Assembly (NCBI RefSeq): GCF_001194135.2
Contig: NC_068983.1
Span: 146,981,866-147,038,600 of the forward strand
From: Octopus bimaculoides
Lineage: Eukaryota
Length of the DNA stretch: 56,735 nucleotides
Direction of reading: 5' to 3'
Under the pieces are notes generated by a model. That model saw nothing but the letters and a program-made list of their open reading frames with translations. It did not search any database and had not been told where the DNA came from. This document shows positions 25,450 to 41,317 of this stretch, piece by piece (within the stretch, counting starts at the first letter, position 1; every line of letters begins with the position of its first letter). Position numbers and translations under genes: made by a program.

Positions 25450-26536
25450 ACACTACAGATGCTCAGAAAACAGATTCCATCACACTCCAGGGGGAGAAAC
25501 TAGAAGTAGTTGATAGCTTCCACTACCTAGGGGATCAAGTTAGTAGTGGGAGTGGATGCTCAGAATAAGAATAACTTGGGCAAAGTTTAGAAAGCTTCTA
25601 CCCCAACTTGTGACAAAGGGCTTCTCACTCAGAGTGAAAGGTAGATTGTTCAATGCATGTGTGCAAACTGCCATGCTTCAGGGCAGTGAAACATAGACCA
25701 TGATGGCGGAGGACATGCGTAGGCTCGAAAGAAATGAAGCTAGCATGATCCACTGGATGTATAATGTCAGTGTGCACACACGACAGAGTGTAAGCACACT
25801 GAGAGAAATGTTGGACTTAAGAAGCATAGGATGTGGCATGCAAGAGAGACGTTTGTGCTGGTATGGTCATATACTACGGATGGATGAGGAGAGATGTGTG
25901 AAGAAGTGCCACTCCCAAACAGTTGAAGGAATCTGGGGTAGAGGTAGACCCAGGAAGACATGGGATGAGGTGGACAGACATGACCTTCGAACATTGGGCC
26001 TCACAGAGGCAATGATGAAAGACCGAGACCCCTGGAGATATACTGTGACTGCGAAGACCCAGCAAATAAAGTGAGTTTACGGCTGCATCCTACACCAGTT
26101 TTGCATAACCAGCCCCAGCCCATTCAAAAGTACCTAGGATCATAGGGCGACCTGCTGTGCTTGAGGAGGCCTATTGAGCCAAGTACATCAACATCAAAAT
26201 GAAAATCAAATGGAAATTGTAGCTGTGATACCCATGCTGGTGGCACATAAAAAGCACCACCCAAACGTGGCCGATGCTAGCACTGCCTTGACTGGCTTCC
26301 ATGCTGGTGGCACGTAAAAAGCACCAATGGATCGTGGCTGTTGCCAGCTACCTCTGGCCCCTGTGCCGGCGGCACATTAAAAGCACCCACTACACTTACG
26401 GAGTGGTTGGCATTAAGAAGGGCATCTAGCTGTAGAAACAATGCCAGATCAGACTGGAGCCTAGTGCAGCCTCCTGGCCTCCCAGACTCCGGTCGAACCG
26501 TCCAACCCAATGTAGCATGGAAAACGGATGTCAAAC

Positions 26537-26582
<46 letters not shown>
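25450..26582 (+). mobile_element. 5'-truncated RTE-type LINE with ORF2 C-terminus, full 3' UTR and (GAT)n tail
   Basis: ORF 25700-26074 (RRLCWYGHILRMDE...GRGRPRKTWDEV) followed by a UTR with subrepeats and a long (GAT)n tail. Confidence 0.9.
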
Positions 26583-27677
26583 AGCTCTCTGAGAATTGTT
26601 CATACTTAGAGATAGTTACAGATTTTAGGGCAGACAATGTAATTATGCAGTGATATAATGTCCTCATTTTACTTGTTATATAGTCTTAATGTTTCAGCCA
26701 TTGTTTCTCTGACCTTCTTCAAGTACCTGTCATATTTAGTAATATTCTTGAAATTTCAAACTGAAGACTTTATCAAATACATGGGGGTTGATTATTCACA
26801 TTCCATTGTCAATAGGGTTTCTCATGCTAGTTATTTTCCTGCATGTAATGTTACTTGCTTGTTTCACTTCTAAAGTACTACATTATTGCTTTACACTTAA
26901 CCTGTAGGAAAATTAGGTCATGGAAATAAGAAATTTTAAGCATAACTTTTCTTTTATAGTTATAAGCTTTAATGCTCCTCCTTAATCAAATATAATACTC
27001 AACTCTATGATAGGCCTACTAAAGAGATTATCAAAGACCAGCATATGTGCTGATTCTTTCTGTTATATCGTACCTTCCAGTGTCATTTCTGTCAATTATC
27101 TTAGCTTTTCTCTAAACAAATGATCAATTACATATTCTGTTCCTCTATGCATTATAGCTTTTTGGTGTTCATCTAGTCTTATTTTTCAGGAAATTTATAT
27201 ATGCTACAGCCACTGCATGGCATGAAATACATAAAATTATTGGTCATGATCTCTTCTAATGGAAGCTTTGTTCTGGAGGGATGTCCTTAAAGGGTAGGTC
27301 TGCTTTTGAATGCCATTCTGATCTTATACGAAATACATTAATGAAATTTCTTTTTCTGGCCTTATCAGGGGGAAGTGAAAGTACTGCTGAGCTATATGAA
27401 CTCAATAAGACCTTCAATGAACTTACCTTCCTGGATGTGCAATTGATTTGCGCAATATGAATTCATGATATCTATATATTGCAAGCCCAAATATACTGGA
27501 TAATTCTTGAACTATGATTCTTTTCATGTTTATAGTGATCAAAGCTCATCCAGTTGTCCAGTAGTCATCCAGCCACATACCACATGATTCAATCAAAATT
27601 AGAAAGACTCTTCAGAGTAACAACTATTTTGTAAGTATAACTTCAATTTCCAAAAGTTGAGATACAAGGACTGAGAA

Positions 27678-27952
27678 TCATCATCGTCATCATCATCGTT
27701 TAACGTCCGCTTTCCATGCTAGCATGGGTTGGACGATTTGACTGAGGACTGGTGAAACCGGATGGCAGCACCAGGCTCCAGTCTGATTTGGCAGAGTTTC
27801 TACAGCTGGATGCCCTTCCTAACGCCAACCACTCAGAGAGTGTAGTGGGTGCTTTTACGTGTCACCCGCACGAAAACGGCCACGCTCGAAATGGTGTCTT
27901 TTATGTGCCACCCGCACAAGCCAGTCCAGGGGCACTGGCAACGATCTCGCTA
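27678..27952 (-). mobile_element. Young RTE-type LINE 3' UTR copy
   Basis: (CAT)n followed by cgtttaacgtccgctttccatgctagcatggg...; near-identical to 53424-53642. Confidence 0.88.
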
Positions 27953-29219
27953 CAACAAGCTTCTTTCAGTTTCTACCAAATTCCATTCACAAGGCATTGA
28001 ATGTTAGTAAAAAACTACCATGTCTGTCTACTAAACATTAAAAGCATATCAAGAAAAGAAAAAAATTTCAGATGATCTGTGGTTCATATAACATAAGGAT
28101 AGCATTCAAAAGCAGGCTTACTTTTTGGGGACATCTGTCCAGTACAAAGGCGCCACTAGGAGGGATTGTCACATAAAACAAATTTGTAATGGAAATCTAA
28201 TTGTGTTTGTAGGTTTAATGTTCTTTCTTAATTAGTGGTATATAATATTCTTCCTTCTGCTTGGACTACTGATGTAGTTATCAAAGCTAAGCATATACAC
28301 TGATTCCTTCCATCAACTTATGTTCCACGTTCCTTATCTATTATCTTGACTTTGTTCCACAACAGTTGGTAACTTAACTTTTCCCAGCTGTAATGATCAA
28401 TTATGCTTGATATTTTTATCTTCTCATATATTTCAGCTTTACAACATTTTCTTATAGTGGACAGCTAGTATCAATTTTATATTCATGGACTAGGATAAAC
28501 ATAGTTATTTGGTAAGTATAAGGGACAAATAAATGTCTCATATATGTAGTAGTTTAGCCAGCAGATATGCATTCAAGGCCAGTCAAACAATATTCGGTTT
28601 AAGTGGAACAAGTGACATCACAAGCAGAACAGCTAATATGAAAATGTCTCTGGTATGGTTAGAGAATGAGAACAATTGATCTCTCTGGACTGAATAAAAG
28701 GTTTGGTTTGAAATTCCAAGAAGGGTACCATATATGATAGACACCCATAGACAGTCACAGAGTGCAACAACTGAAACATTGTGACTATTACAAGTAAAGT
28801 AAAGATACTAGTCTGGACATATCAGTTTATAAATAATTCCTCATCTCAGAAATTCAGGATAAAAAGATATTTTGATATATCAAAATTTATTTCCTTTCTA
28901 TTGATGAAAATATCATCAAAATGTTAATTCAAAAATGATTTATTACTGAGCGGGGAGAATGATGAAATTAACTGATTAGGCTAGTGCAATGCTACTTCAT
29001 TCATATCTACTCAGTGATCAAGTCAATNNNNNNNNNNNNNNNNNNNNNNNNNNNNNNNNNNNNNNNNNNNNNNNNNNNNNNNNNNNNNNNNNNNNNNNNN
29101 NNNNNNNNNNNNNNNNNNNNNNNNNNNNNNNNNNNNNNNNGTAGTTACTCTCATCATATATAAACAAACCCTATCAATATAGCTAATCCTTTTACGTATG
29201 AAATTATTTTTAATATTAC

Positions 29220-29558
29220 CAGGGCATCCTTTTTCTTCAACTACTACATTGTCTATTGCAATGTCTCCTTGGTACGAATTTCCTCTTACAGCTACAAATA
29301 TGATTTCACTTATGTCATTTTCAATATGCCAACATGCTTTCTGCCAGTATTTTCCTTTATCTCCTTTCTTTGTCCAGACTATTTCTTCAGTTGAAGATTG
29401 ATTAGTGACAAATACAACATATAGTTGACCAACGTAACTTCCATACATGTTGTAATCAAATTTCAGCTGTTTCCCCTTGGTATTTTTTGAAACTGGAAAC
29501 TTAAGGCTTGTGGTATCATTAAAATTTCCATAAGAAGCTTCTGCATAGATATAGTACC
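29220..29558 (-). CDS. Exon 9: body of MAM3
   Basis: ttcttttacag acceptor and gtaata donor; phase 1/1; YYIYAEAS...LKFDYNMYGSYVGQL...GDKGKYWQKACW...GDIAIDNVVVEEKGCP. Strongest MAM consensus match. Confidence 0.93.
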
Positions 29559-29771
29559 CTGTAAAAGAAAAATGATGATATTTATTTGTTAGTCATTTAT
29601 TAACAATTTAGACAGTAGAATTGGATATTAAAATTACAAAACAACTTTTCCATGACAAACTTTATGTCTAATGTTCTTTTTTTAGCTAATACAAAATGTT
29701 GAATAGTAATTCAGTTGTAATTCATTAAAACTCTATCATTTAACTTTCAAGTGATAAAAAGAATATGACTA

Positions 29772-30755
29772 TGTAGTGAAGCTTCTCTCTTGGTTGTATG
29801 TTTGTAAATGTGGACATAGCGGGTAACAGCTGGCCTTCGGCCAGCCTTGGACCCTGCTGTGTCCATCACCCTGATTGGCTGTTATTTGCGCAGTATTTGT
29901 CTCTGGTTCTGTTTCGCGCCAGAGTGCATACCAACGAATCATGGCCTTCTGATAAGGTCAAGTGAGAGAGTGTTTTCTGATTCCTCTGGAGCCGATTTTT
30001 TTCCTATAAAATAGCCTGCTTCATCTACGCCAGTTTGTCGCTGCTTCAGACCTTCTAAGTTCTAGTCGTTGACCACAGAGCACCAGCCAACAGTTCAACA
30101 GCTTACTGCAAACTCCATCTTCGACACCATCATCAGCTTCTTCGTTGACAGTGTCTACACCGTCTCTACGTACACAGTACCAACAGCAACCGCAGCTTCT
30201 CTCAACACTGTTTGTGTGAATTGTTTCACCATGAAATAACAGCCAGAACTCAACCTGCGAGAACTCCTGTATCAAGTAACCGGCTCAGCATAGAAGCCTC
30301 AACTTCACGACATGTGACTTAGCTCTGCCTCGACGCCTCAACCTCTTATATACAGACTTTCAATCTGCTATGTACCTTAACTAAGAACTGGTATTTCCTA
30401 TCCTTGTGTTCAGGACACTTAACGTCCTTATTATAGACTGTTTCTATGCTCTGTATTCTGTTGCATTCACATACACATATTCGCATACACACACTCTTTT
30501 GTTTACATGATGGCCTGTCTTATATTGTGTTATTATGCCGCATTCACTCACACACAAACATACAGTTTAATGCTCTAATAAAACTTTCTCTTTATTCATC
30601 TTTACCGGTTGTGTCTCTCTCTTTTCCTTGTTGGCACTTCCTCACATTCACATGTGAGTTCACTTATATTATTATATTTGTGTTGACCGTGTCATGCGTT
30701 AAAAGGAGCCGTTCTATTCGTCACCATTCTCCTTTGTTTGCATGGTCGTTCTACA
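29772..30755 (+). mobile_element. Solo LTR (984 bp), Gypsy-like by its 4-bp TSD
   Basis: Termini TGTAG...CTACA; TSD ACTA at 29768-71 and 30756-59; TATAAAA at 30005-30011; AATAAA at 30577-30582; GC/CpG higher than the flanks. Confidence 0.82.
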
Positions 30756-31819
30756 ACTATTGGCTTGTTTTATTGAATTTGATATAACTTTATGTAACAT
30801 AAATTCAATAACAACATTCATTATATGAGTTTATAACATTTCTTCACGAAAATTGCAACTTATCACTGTGGAAACTGATTTCGTCTTTAATTCCTACTAC
30901 AATTGTATCCTACCATCTAGCTCCAACATGATGTCTCATCTTATGAGCAAAGATGTAGAGAGGAGGGCCAAACAGATAGGAATAACTGTTCTTGAGTCAT
31001 TTCAAATTTGTTCCTGCCACCTTGCAGTGTTTCTGGGATGATTAGTTTATTCTATATAAAACTTTTGACTAGTTAAATAGATATAGTTGGTATCTAGTCA
31101 AAAGTTCTGTAAGTTAACATGTGCAACAAAAATTTAGTAGGAGGGGCTAAATAAAGGAGTTAGCTTGTGTTGGTGATGAGACATATAGTAGAAATAACTA
31201 GAGAAGGAGAGAGGGATGTGCAGGGGATGCAACTAAGCAATTCAGGGAAACAGATGTAGTAATTATGGAAGAGGCAGAGACACACATATGCATAATGTTA
31301 TATGAACTACATGAGACAGGGAGAAAAAACTCAGCAAAAAGTAGAATGTGGCAATGTCATTACCGGAAGTTTCCCCAAATAATTATATATTTCTGAAAAA
31401 GTATCCATGACAAAATCAAAAGACCATAAGACAACCCAAGCACAAATGCGTAGCCTCATAAATGGTCATTTTGTGAGTGCTTACTTCTTAACATGTGCTA
31501 GTGTAGCAGTTTAATTAACTTCTAAATCAGTAAGTTGCATCCTCTAGCTCAATGGGGTGACAAATTTCAGAGTTAATAACAAAACAAAACAAAAAAACTT
31601 ACAATTTCTAAATAAAAAATAAGATTACTAATTTCTCCAAAACTTGGTGGTAAGGAAAGATGTTAGTAAGAATGAAAAGGAGAAATTAAGGCTATATCTG
31701 GGACAATTCAAGAAGTCCCATTTGAACTTGCTTGTTCAATAAATATAAGTTAGTAAATGATTTGGCTATATTAAATATGGGTTAGCATCATTGTTGCAAA
31801 ACAAGTACAAGATACAAGA

Positions 31820-34800
<2,981 letters not shown>

Positions 34801-35282
34801 ATCACAATTTTCCTTGACACAGTCTTGCAAACCAAAACTTGTTAATTTTGTTTTAATTATCTAAGAGAGTATTGCTTTCTTTATTATTGTAATTAAATCT
34901 ATTACTAAATAGGAGTAGGGGGTGAGTAAGTCAATCTAGCTGAGACTTGGGGAAGGATCTTCCAAAGTTATATATACAGGAGGAGTTGATTTTTGTATCA
35001 TATACTAATGAAACACATTGATTTCACAATAGTTTCATTGTTTACAAAGGTGAATGGTATATAACTGTTATTTTCATATATTGCAAGGTAACCTGGGTTG
35101 TTAAGAATAAGTATCTTAGTTACATAAAATATTGTACACATCTTTTGTGATACTAGGCAAAATAGCGATCTTTTGTTTGGTTGTTGAGCCTGTAGATGTG
35201 TACAGAGGTAAATTTCATTATAAAACGTATTTGGATATAAATATTATACAGAGGTAAAACAAAATAAATAAAATAAACTTAC

Positions 35283-35441
35283 CATTTCCTGTTTTTGAAT
35301 TATCACTGTTAGGTCCAGTGTAAGACGATGGAGTTGCTCCCTTCTTCCTCCTCCATGTATATTCATTAGGGTTCATGCAAGTAATTTCATATTCACAGAG
35401 TAGTGGATTATCAAATGTGCACTTATGATTTGTGATCCCAG
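35283..35441 (-). CDS. Exon 8: start of MAM3
   Basis: ttttatattttag acceptor and gtaagt donor; phase 1/1; GITNHKCTFDNPLLCEYEITCMNPNEYTWRRKKGATPSSYTGPNSDNSKTGN (TPSxxTGP motif). Confidence 0.93.
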
Positions 35442-35604
35442 CTAAAATATAAAATAATTAGAATTTTTTACACAGGTAGAAGGTTTACAAATTTAAAAGT
35501 TAGGATTATAGATGAATGACCCAACATCACTATATAACAAGTGATTATTTTACTGATTCTGAAGAGAACAAAAGATTATGTTGTATGAGTGGTAATTTGA
35601 ACTG

Positions 35605-35659
<55 letters not shown>

Positions 35660-35660
<1 letters not shown>

Positions 35661-36000
35661 CATCATTACCATCATTACCATCATCATCATCATTATCATC
35701 ATCATAATCTTCATCATAATTATCATCGTCGTTTAACGTCTGCCTTCCATACTGGCATGAGTGGAATGGTTTGACAGGAGCCAGTCAGGCAGAAGTCTGC
35801 ACCAGACTTCTGTGACTGTTTTGGCAGGATTTTTACAGCTGAATGCCCTTTCTAACACCAGCTACCCAGCAGATTGTACTTAGTGCTTTTTACGTGGCAC
35901 AAGCACAGGCAAGGTCAGTTTTGGCAAACTTTTTACGGTTGTATGCCCTTCCAACTACCAGTGTGGATTGGATGCTTTTCAAGTGGCACCTGCACTGACA
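35660..36000 (-). mobile_element. Older RTE-type LINE 3' UTR copy
   Basis: Degenerate (CAT)n followed by cgtttaacgtctgccttccatactggcatg... Confidence 0.75.
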
Positions 36001-36353
36001 GGATCACCAAATAACTTGCAAGATAAATATCTTTAGTGAGGGGAGAGGGTGTTGGAGGAGGCGATCTTCTGTCAGATGATGAAAAGTTATAGTGAGACAG
36101 AAACAGATGTCTTGCTGTAGAGGAGGTACAAGGTTACCTGGCCCAGGGGTAGGAAAGAGTGAGAGAGAGAGAGAGAGAGAATCGGAAATGAAGACAGAAA
36201 TAGGTGTGCTGCCGCAAAGGAGATACATGGTTACCCAACATGAGGGAAGTGCAAGAGAAGGAGAGAGAGTGAGAGAGAGCAGGGTAGAGATGGTAGCAAA
36301 GTGCCACAAAATCCATTCAGCACTTGCAAAGAGAGTAAAACAATTCTACTTAC

Positions 36354-36701
36354 TTCGACAGTAGCCTTTATCAACAAGTAAATCATCAAGACCTATGGTT
36401 GAATATCTATTTCCAGCAATACCAGTGAATAGGATTCTTCCACGTTTACTTGGTAAATCCATACAACCATACTGCCACTCAGTTCCACGGTCTCCAGAAT
36501 CTTGCCAGAAATATGGTGTTTTGGTAAACCATGATTTAAGTTTATCTTCTACAAATCTTACTTGTAGTTCGTGAGCTTCAGTCCCAGGCATATGATAGAA
36601 AAATTCAAGTTTGATCTTCTCATTTGGAATATCAATCATAGGTGACTTTATTGAGTGTCTTGTCTCTGTGTAGTAGGAAGATGTAAATAGTAGGTAGTTT
36701 C
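36354..36701 (-). CDS. Exon 7: body of MAM2
   Basis: attttacag acceptor and gtaagt donor; phase 1/1; NYLLFTSS...IKSPMI...LEFFYHMPG...GDRGTEWQYGCM...IGLDDLLVDKGYCR. Confidence 0.93.
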
Positions 36702-37859
36702 CTGTAAAATAATCAAAGAGGTTTAATTATTTCCTTTAATATTTAATGCAAATGCAAGTTATTTGCTAAGATACAAATAAATTATATATTGAGTAATATA
36801 TAAATGGAAATCACTTTGCAGAACAAGTTCCTGTGGATGGCAATCTCTATCATCATCAAACTGAGTAGGGAGTTAATTTGAGCCCTGAATGATGAATGAT
36901 TGCTATTACTAACTTTTGGCGTGTTTCATATTCATGTAGTAGTTGATGCTTGTAGTAAAGACATTGTTCTTGTTAGTGGCTGTGAAGAAAGGTGAGACAT
37001 GTCTGTTAAATGTTGAGCAATGGGGAAAAGGATCTCTCTTCAAGTTGCAGTACCAGTGCCATATGTTGTGGATATCATGGAGACCCACAATACTGAAGCA
37101 TATATCCTGGATCAAAAAGGTAGTTCTTTTAGGCTTCTGAACACTATACATGTGCAGAAATTAACATACTTTGGATATATTTACCATGCTTCACAATACT
37201 TTTGGTAAGTATTAGCATAGGAGCCTGTGGCAGTATTGCAGTGGTGTGAAACAATGGATGGGTAATCAACTTATACACCACCTGATAACAATTATCCAAA
37301 CTGTTTATATGGGTGAGCACTTGTTAAAGAAATCATCAGGGATCATTTGTTGACCTGATGGTACAAAAAGAATGATGTTGTTTCTTGATAATGTAGATAT
37401 AATTATAAATAAAAGATAAATATCATCAAATAATACCAATTACATATTATTTATTTAAGCCAATTATTTATATATATATATATATTTACATATTTGCCTT
37501 TTTGTTGGAAAAATTAGGGAGGATACTGAGTTTGGATTTAATTCTCATTTCTGACTGCGGTGTAATATCTTTTTTTCAGAAAAACAACACTATCCAATGC
37601 AAGAATATAACATTATGATTGCAATGGTGTTTAAACATACTATAGTGCAGAGATCCAGGAGCTTAAACACTTTTAATTATGAATTTTTTATCATTTCATT
37701 AAAGATGACCTCGTTTCGGCCTCAAAAAAGATAAACACTTTAGCTAAAGGATTGTTTATACTTATTTTAGTAATTTAAAACAAAGATAAATTTTATTTTA
37801 TGAAAAATGTAAAAATAACAATGTATGAAGACATAACAATATATTGAGACAAAACAATG

Positions 37860-39310
37860 TATGAGTGTATCATATAGTTTTGGCAGGGAAGCAGAAGTGG
37901 ACAAAGGGATTGGTGCAGTCAGAGAAGTAAGATACATTCATCTGTTTTCTCATTACTGAGGTTAAGAGAAGGGATGTAACAAGTGGATATAAGTAGAATT
38001 CATAAATAATATGCCAATTTTGAGGAGCAGAGACCTTTATAGTAGTGGCAGAAGAGCTAGAGTGAAAAAGCAGTGCATCTTTGGACTGAATGTCATTGAC
38101 TGAATGGTCGTGTGTAATAGCAGTAGAGACATTTAACATTGTAGGTCCTGTTTGAGTTTTGTAGAGATGATCAGGACTGAGTAATTCTTTTGTTTCTAAA
38201 GAGAATATCTAGCCTTTGGAACACAGTTTGTGTTGTGTTTGTGATGTGTTAGTGCTAGGGATGATTGTCTGCAATTTGTAGGAAGCCAAATAGTTTAAAA
38301 AAACATGTTCTTACATCAGAATAAGTAAGAAAGAAGGCTTTTCTCGATAAGTGGATTGTCCACAACAATCTTGTGTCGATGAAAAAGATAAGATTCTTAT
38401 GTCTCCTAAGGAGAATATTTTCAAAGTCAGTTCATGGGGACAGTACAGGTTTGACATGAAATGTCTAGATTGTATGAAGATGATGTTTGTGTATGGCAGT
38501 TTGGAGGTGTGATTTGTTGGAGGTGGCAGTAAGCAGGCTGTTAATGTACAAGAAGGAAAGTATCAATGACACAACTGAGTTGTATGCACCAGAATTGATG
38601 GAGTGTAGTTGAGCAAGAGTTTTGCCTGTACATACTACAATAGTACAAACTGATAAGAATCTTTTAATCCAAGAAACTAGAGCACAATATGAGACTTTAT
38701 CAAGATTTCCATACCAGGCACATTCAAATGTCTTGTTGATGTCAAGTGTTATGACATTGTTTTCATGAAATTTTCCAAGTGTGAGATGGCTGCTGGTAAA
38801 TGACATCAAAGAGAGAGTTAACTATAGAATTATGGAAGCTGTACTGATGTTGGAGAAGCTAGTTATTAGCAACTGTGTTCAAATTCTTGAAATGTTGGAA
38901 GTTAGAGTAATAAGTCAATACTTCACAAGATCAGAGAGATAGTATTTCTTGGACACGAGATTCATTGTAGTATGTTTCCAAAAATCAAGAGAGTGAAAGA
39001 CTGAAAACTTTTAGGAAAATTAAGGGATATATTTAGGGTGTATTGTTTGATTTTGATGAAAGGGACACTGGCACGGCAATGATTTTATTGATTTGGAATG
39101 GCAGGACATATATTTACACATGGATTCCAGTCTTCATGGAAATAGGACAAGAAGAATATAGAAAGGAAGTTTTACAGGCATTTTGCTAATTCTTCAGATT
39201 ACCAAACTTGAAAAAAGCTGGTTGGAATGAGACTAAAGGTTAGTAAATCAACATCAGAAGGTGAAGATAGGTGTTCATCATGACAGAATAAAATGAGGAT
39301 ATAAATTAAA
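37860..39310 (-). mobile_element. Highly decayed CR1/Jockey-group LINE remnant
   Basis: ORF 38465-38809 LDINKTFECAW...LVSWIKRFLS...INSGAYNSVVSLILSFLYINSL resembles LDISKAFDKVW...SWIxSFLS...INSGVPQGSVL...LYINDL. Confidence 0.6.
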
Positions 39311-41005
39311 ATTACATTTCAGATAGGGTTAATAAAATTGGAAGGATTAAGTAAATACAAGATATGTTTCCTCTCTCTATGAAGTTTAATTATTATAGGA
39401 ATCAAGGGAGCTGCTAGTCTTTGTTAATCTTGATAGTCAAAGCCAGCTCTCAGGTTGAATACAAAGTGTTGTGACTCACACATAATGCTCAACCCCAACA
39501 GTAGTATAGTATCGATTTTGGTGACTCTAGATAATTCACAGTATGAGAACATCTACATTTATGGCCTATGAAATCTGTTCCATGGAAGCAACTATAGATG
39601 GCCATGAAAGTGCTGCTCACATTCATTCTCATGAACAGAATTTGTACTTTCATTTCTTCCCATTTGTTGCCAATGGGGAGAAATCCGAAAAAAATTTTCT
39701 GATCATAAGACTGCAACATCCAAAATATGTAGTAGCAGTACAGATTATTCACTGCCGTTTATAGGGAGATTAGTCATTACAGATATTGAAGAAAATTCTG
39801 TTGCAGACTTATGATTAGAAAAATAAATTTCAAATTTTTTAAAGAACTGTTATGCTTCAGTTTTATTTACCATGGTGATCAAGTCTATAGCAGTTGCTCT
39901 CATCATATTTAAAAAAAATTATTAAAAACTTTATCTAACTGATACAGAAGGATTGTGTCGATATCACACTGAAGTGTATGTGTTGTAATATATTTGATAT
40001 AAAACTTCTAGTGGTCTTCATTTCCAATATCAAATTACTGTTTTCTAAAATTAGTTTCTCCATATATCTTGTTTAATGCTGAAGTTATGGAGTTATTGCT
40101 CATAGAGAATGGTGACTTCTTGACAATTGAGCATTCATTTATTTAACCAGCTGAATGTATAAATGTGTAACCAGTTGAGTATTCCACTAATATGTCTACC
40201 CTTAATACAATTTTCAGGCAGAACCAGAGAGAGATGATGTGACAAGACATCTTTCAATAACAGATACAAACCTGTGATAAGAAGAGAGAAAGAGAAAGAG
40301 GGGAGGGAGAGAGGGAGAGAAAGAGAGAGAGAGGAGCTGACCTCAGTACTGAACTGGAATGTAATTGATTGCAAATGAATGACAGACAAAGTTGATCTTA
40401 GAATTTGAACTTTGGTTGCAGATAGATGGAATAAATACTGCATTTATAGAGAATCTCTCATATGATTATGCTTGTCATGTATGAGTACCATTACGTTATA
40501 ATGTTTATTTTCAGCAGATACCCATCACACATATAACAAATATGTCCCACTCATTCAACTGATGGGTTTTGACTGAGGCATACATATGTGCTGAGCTGAG
40601 GAATTTCCAGCCACGTTTCGTTGTTCGCTACCTCAGCAGCTCCTTTATTGGGTCCAGTGGCTAAGGACATCATCAGAAGGAACCATGTCCGGTTTTAGCC
40701 CCTCCTCCTCCTCCTCTACTGTTTTCAACATGGCAAGGCCCCTCCTTTTGGAGGTGTCTTCAGCTCTGGTGTTGAGTGGGTTTTTTTTCTTTTTCCTTTG
40801 ACCTTCTGTTCTTTGGTTTCTTCGATGCAGTGTCAACAAATGTTAGCTTAATACTTACAACTTATATACTTACAATGTTGTACTGCTAGGTGAGACTAAA
40901 GGTTACTTGCAGTTAAAATGCCCTACCATCTTTGATATTATTTGAAATGTCAATATTTTAAATCATTTTACTTGAAACAATAATAAAAAGAACAAAAATA
41001 ATTAC

Positions 41006-41131
41006 CAGAACTAGAATTACTGTAACTTTTAGTATTTGAGTGAAGTCTCCAACCTATGTTTGTATCTATAATATTTTGAATATTGTAATCACAAATGCCG
41101 CTCACAAAATCACAGCTAACATTCCAGTGAC
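41006..41131 (-). CDS. Exon 6: start of MAM2 (alternative in-frame donor gives end at 41021)
   Basis: ttttgcattaacag acceptor; phase 1/1; HWNVSCDFVSGICDYNIQNIIDTNIGWRLHSNTKSY(SNSSS). Not in the supplied ORF track because it is too short. Confidence 0.88.
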
Positions 41132-41317
41132 CTGTTAATGCAAAATGATTGATTAAAGAAATTTAATTATTTCCAAGTAAGAGTTCAAACAAATCAACAA
41201 CTCATATTCTAAAGCACATTTTTTCACAGTATTTTACCACCAAAGAATTTCCTTTCTTAAACAAATATAGCTAAAGAATTGTAAAATCGGTTAATTCGTC
41301 CAGTTTCTAGTGACATA

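Noticed and set aside
26277-26603. Poly-His ORF; likewise poly-Asp, poly-Thr/Ser and poly-Glu ORFs
   Set aside because: Translations of (GAT)n tails and other microsatellites.
28700-28830. Possible Penelope-like terminal or hammerhead remnant (...gaaggg...ctgaaacattg)
   Set aside because: Too degenerate; no CUGANGA core.
30021-30275. ORFs within the GC-richer island (also 30446-30787)
   Set aside because: They lie inside the solo LTR and show no protein motif.
39489-39764. Overlapping ORFs with splice-like signals; nearby YDESNC (LDLa-like) at about 39870-39910
   Set aside because: No domain motif in the ORFs; the DESNC fragment has no phase-compatible acceptor; the exon chain is already complete without them.
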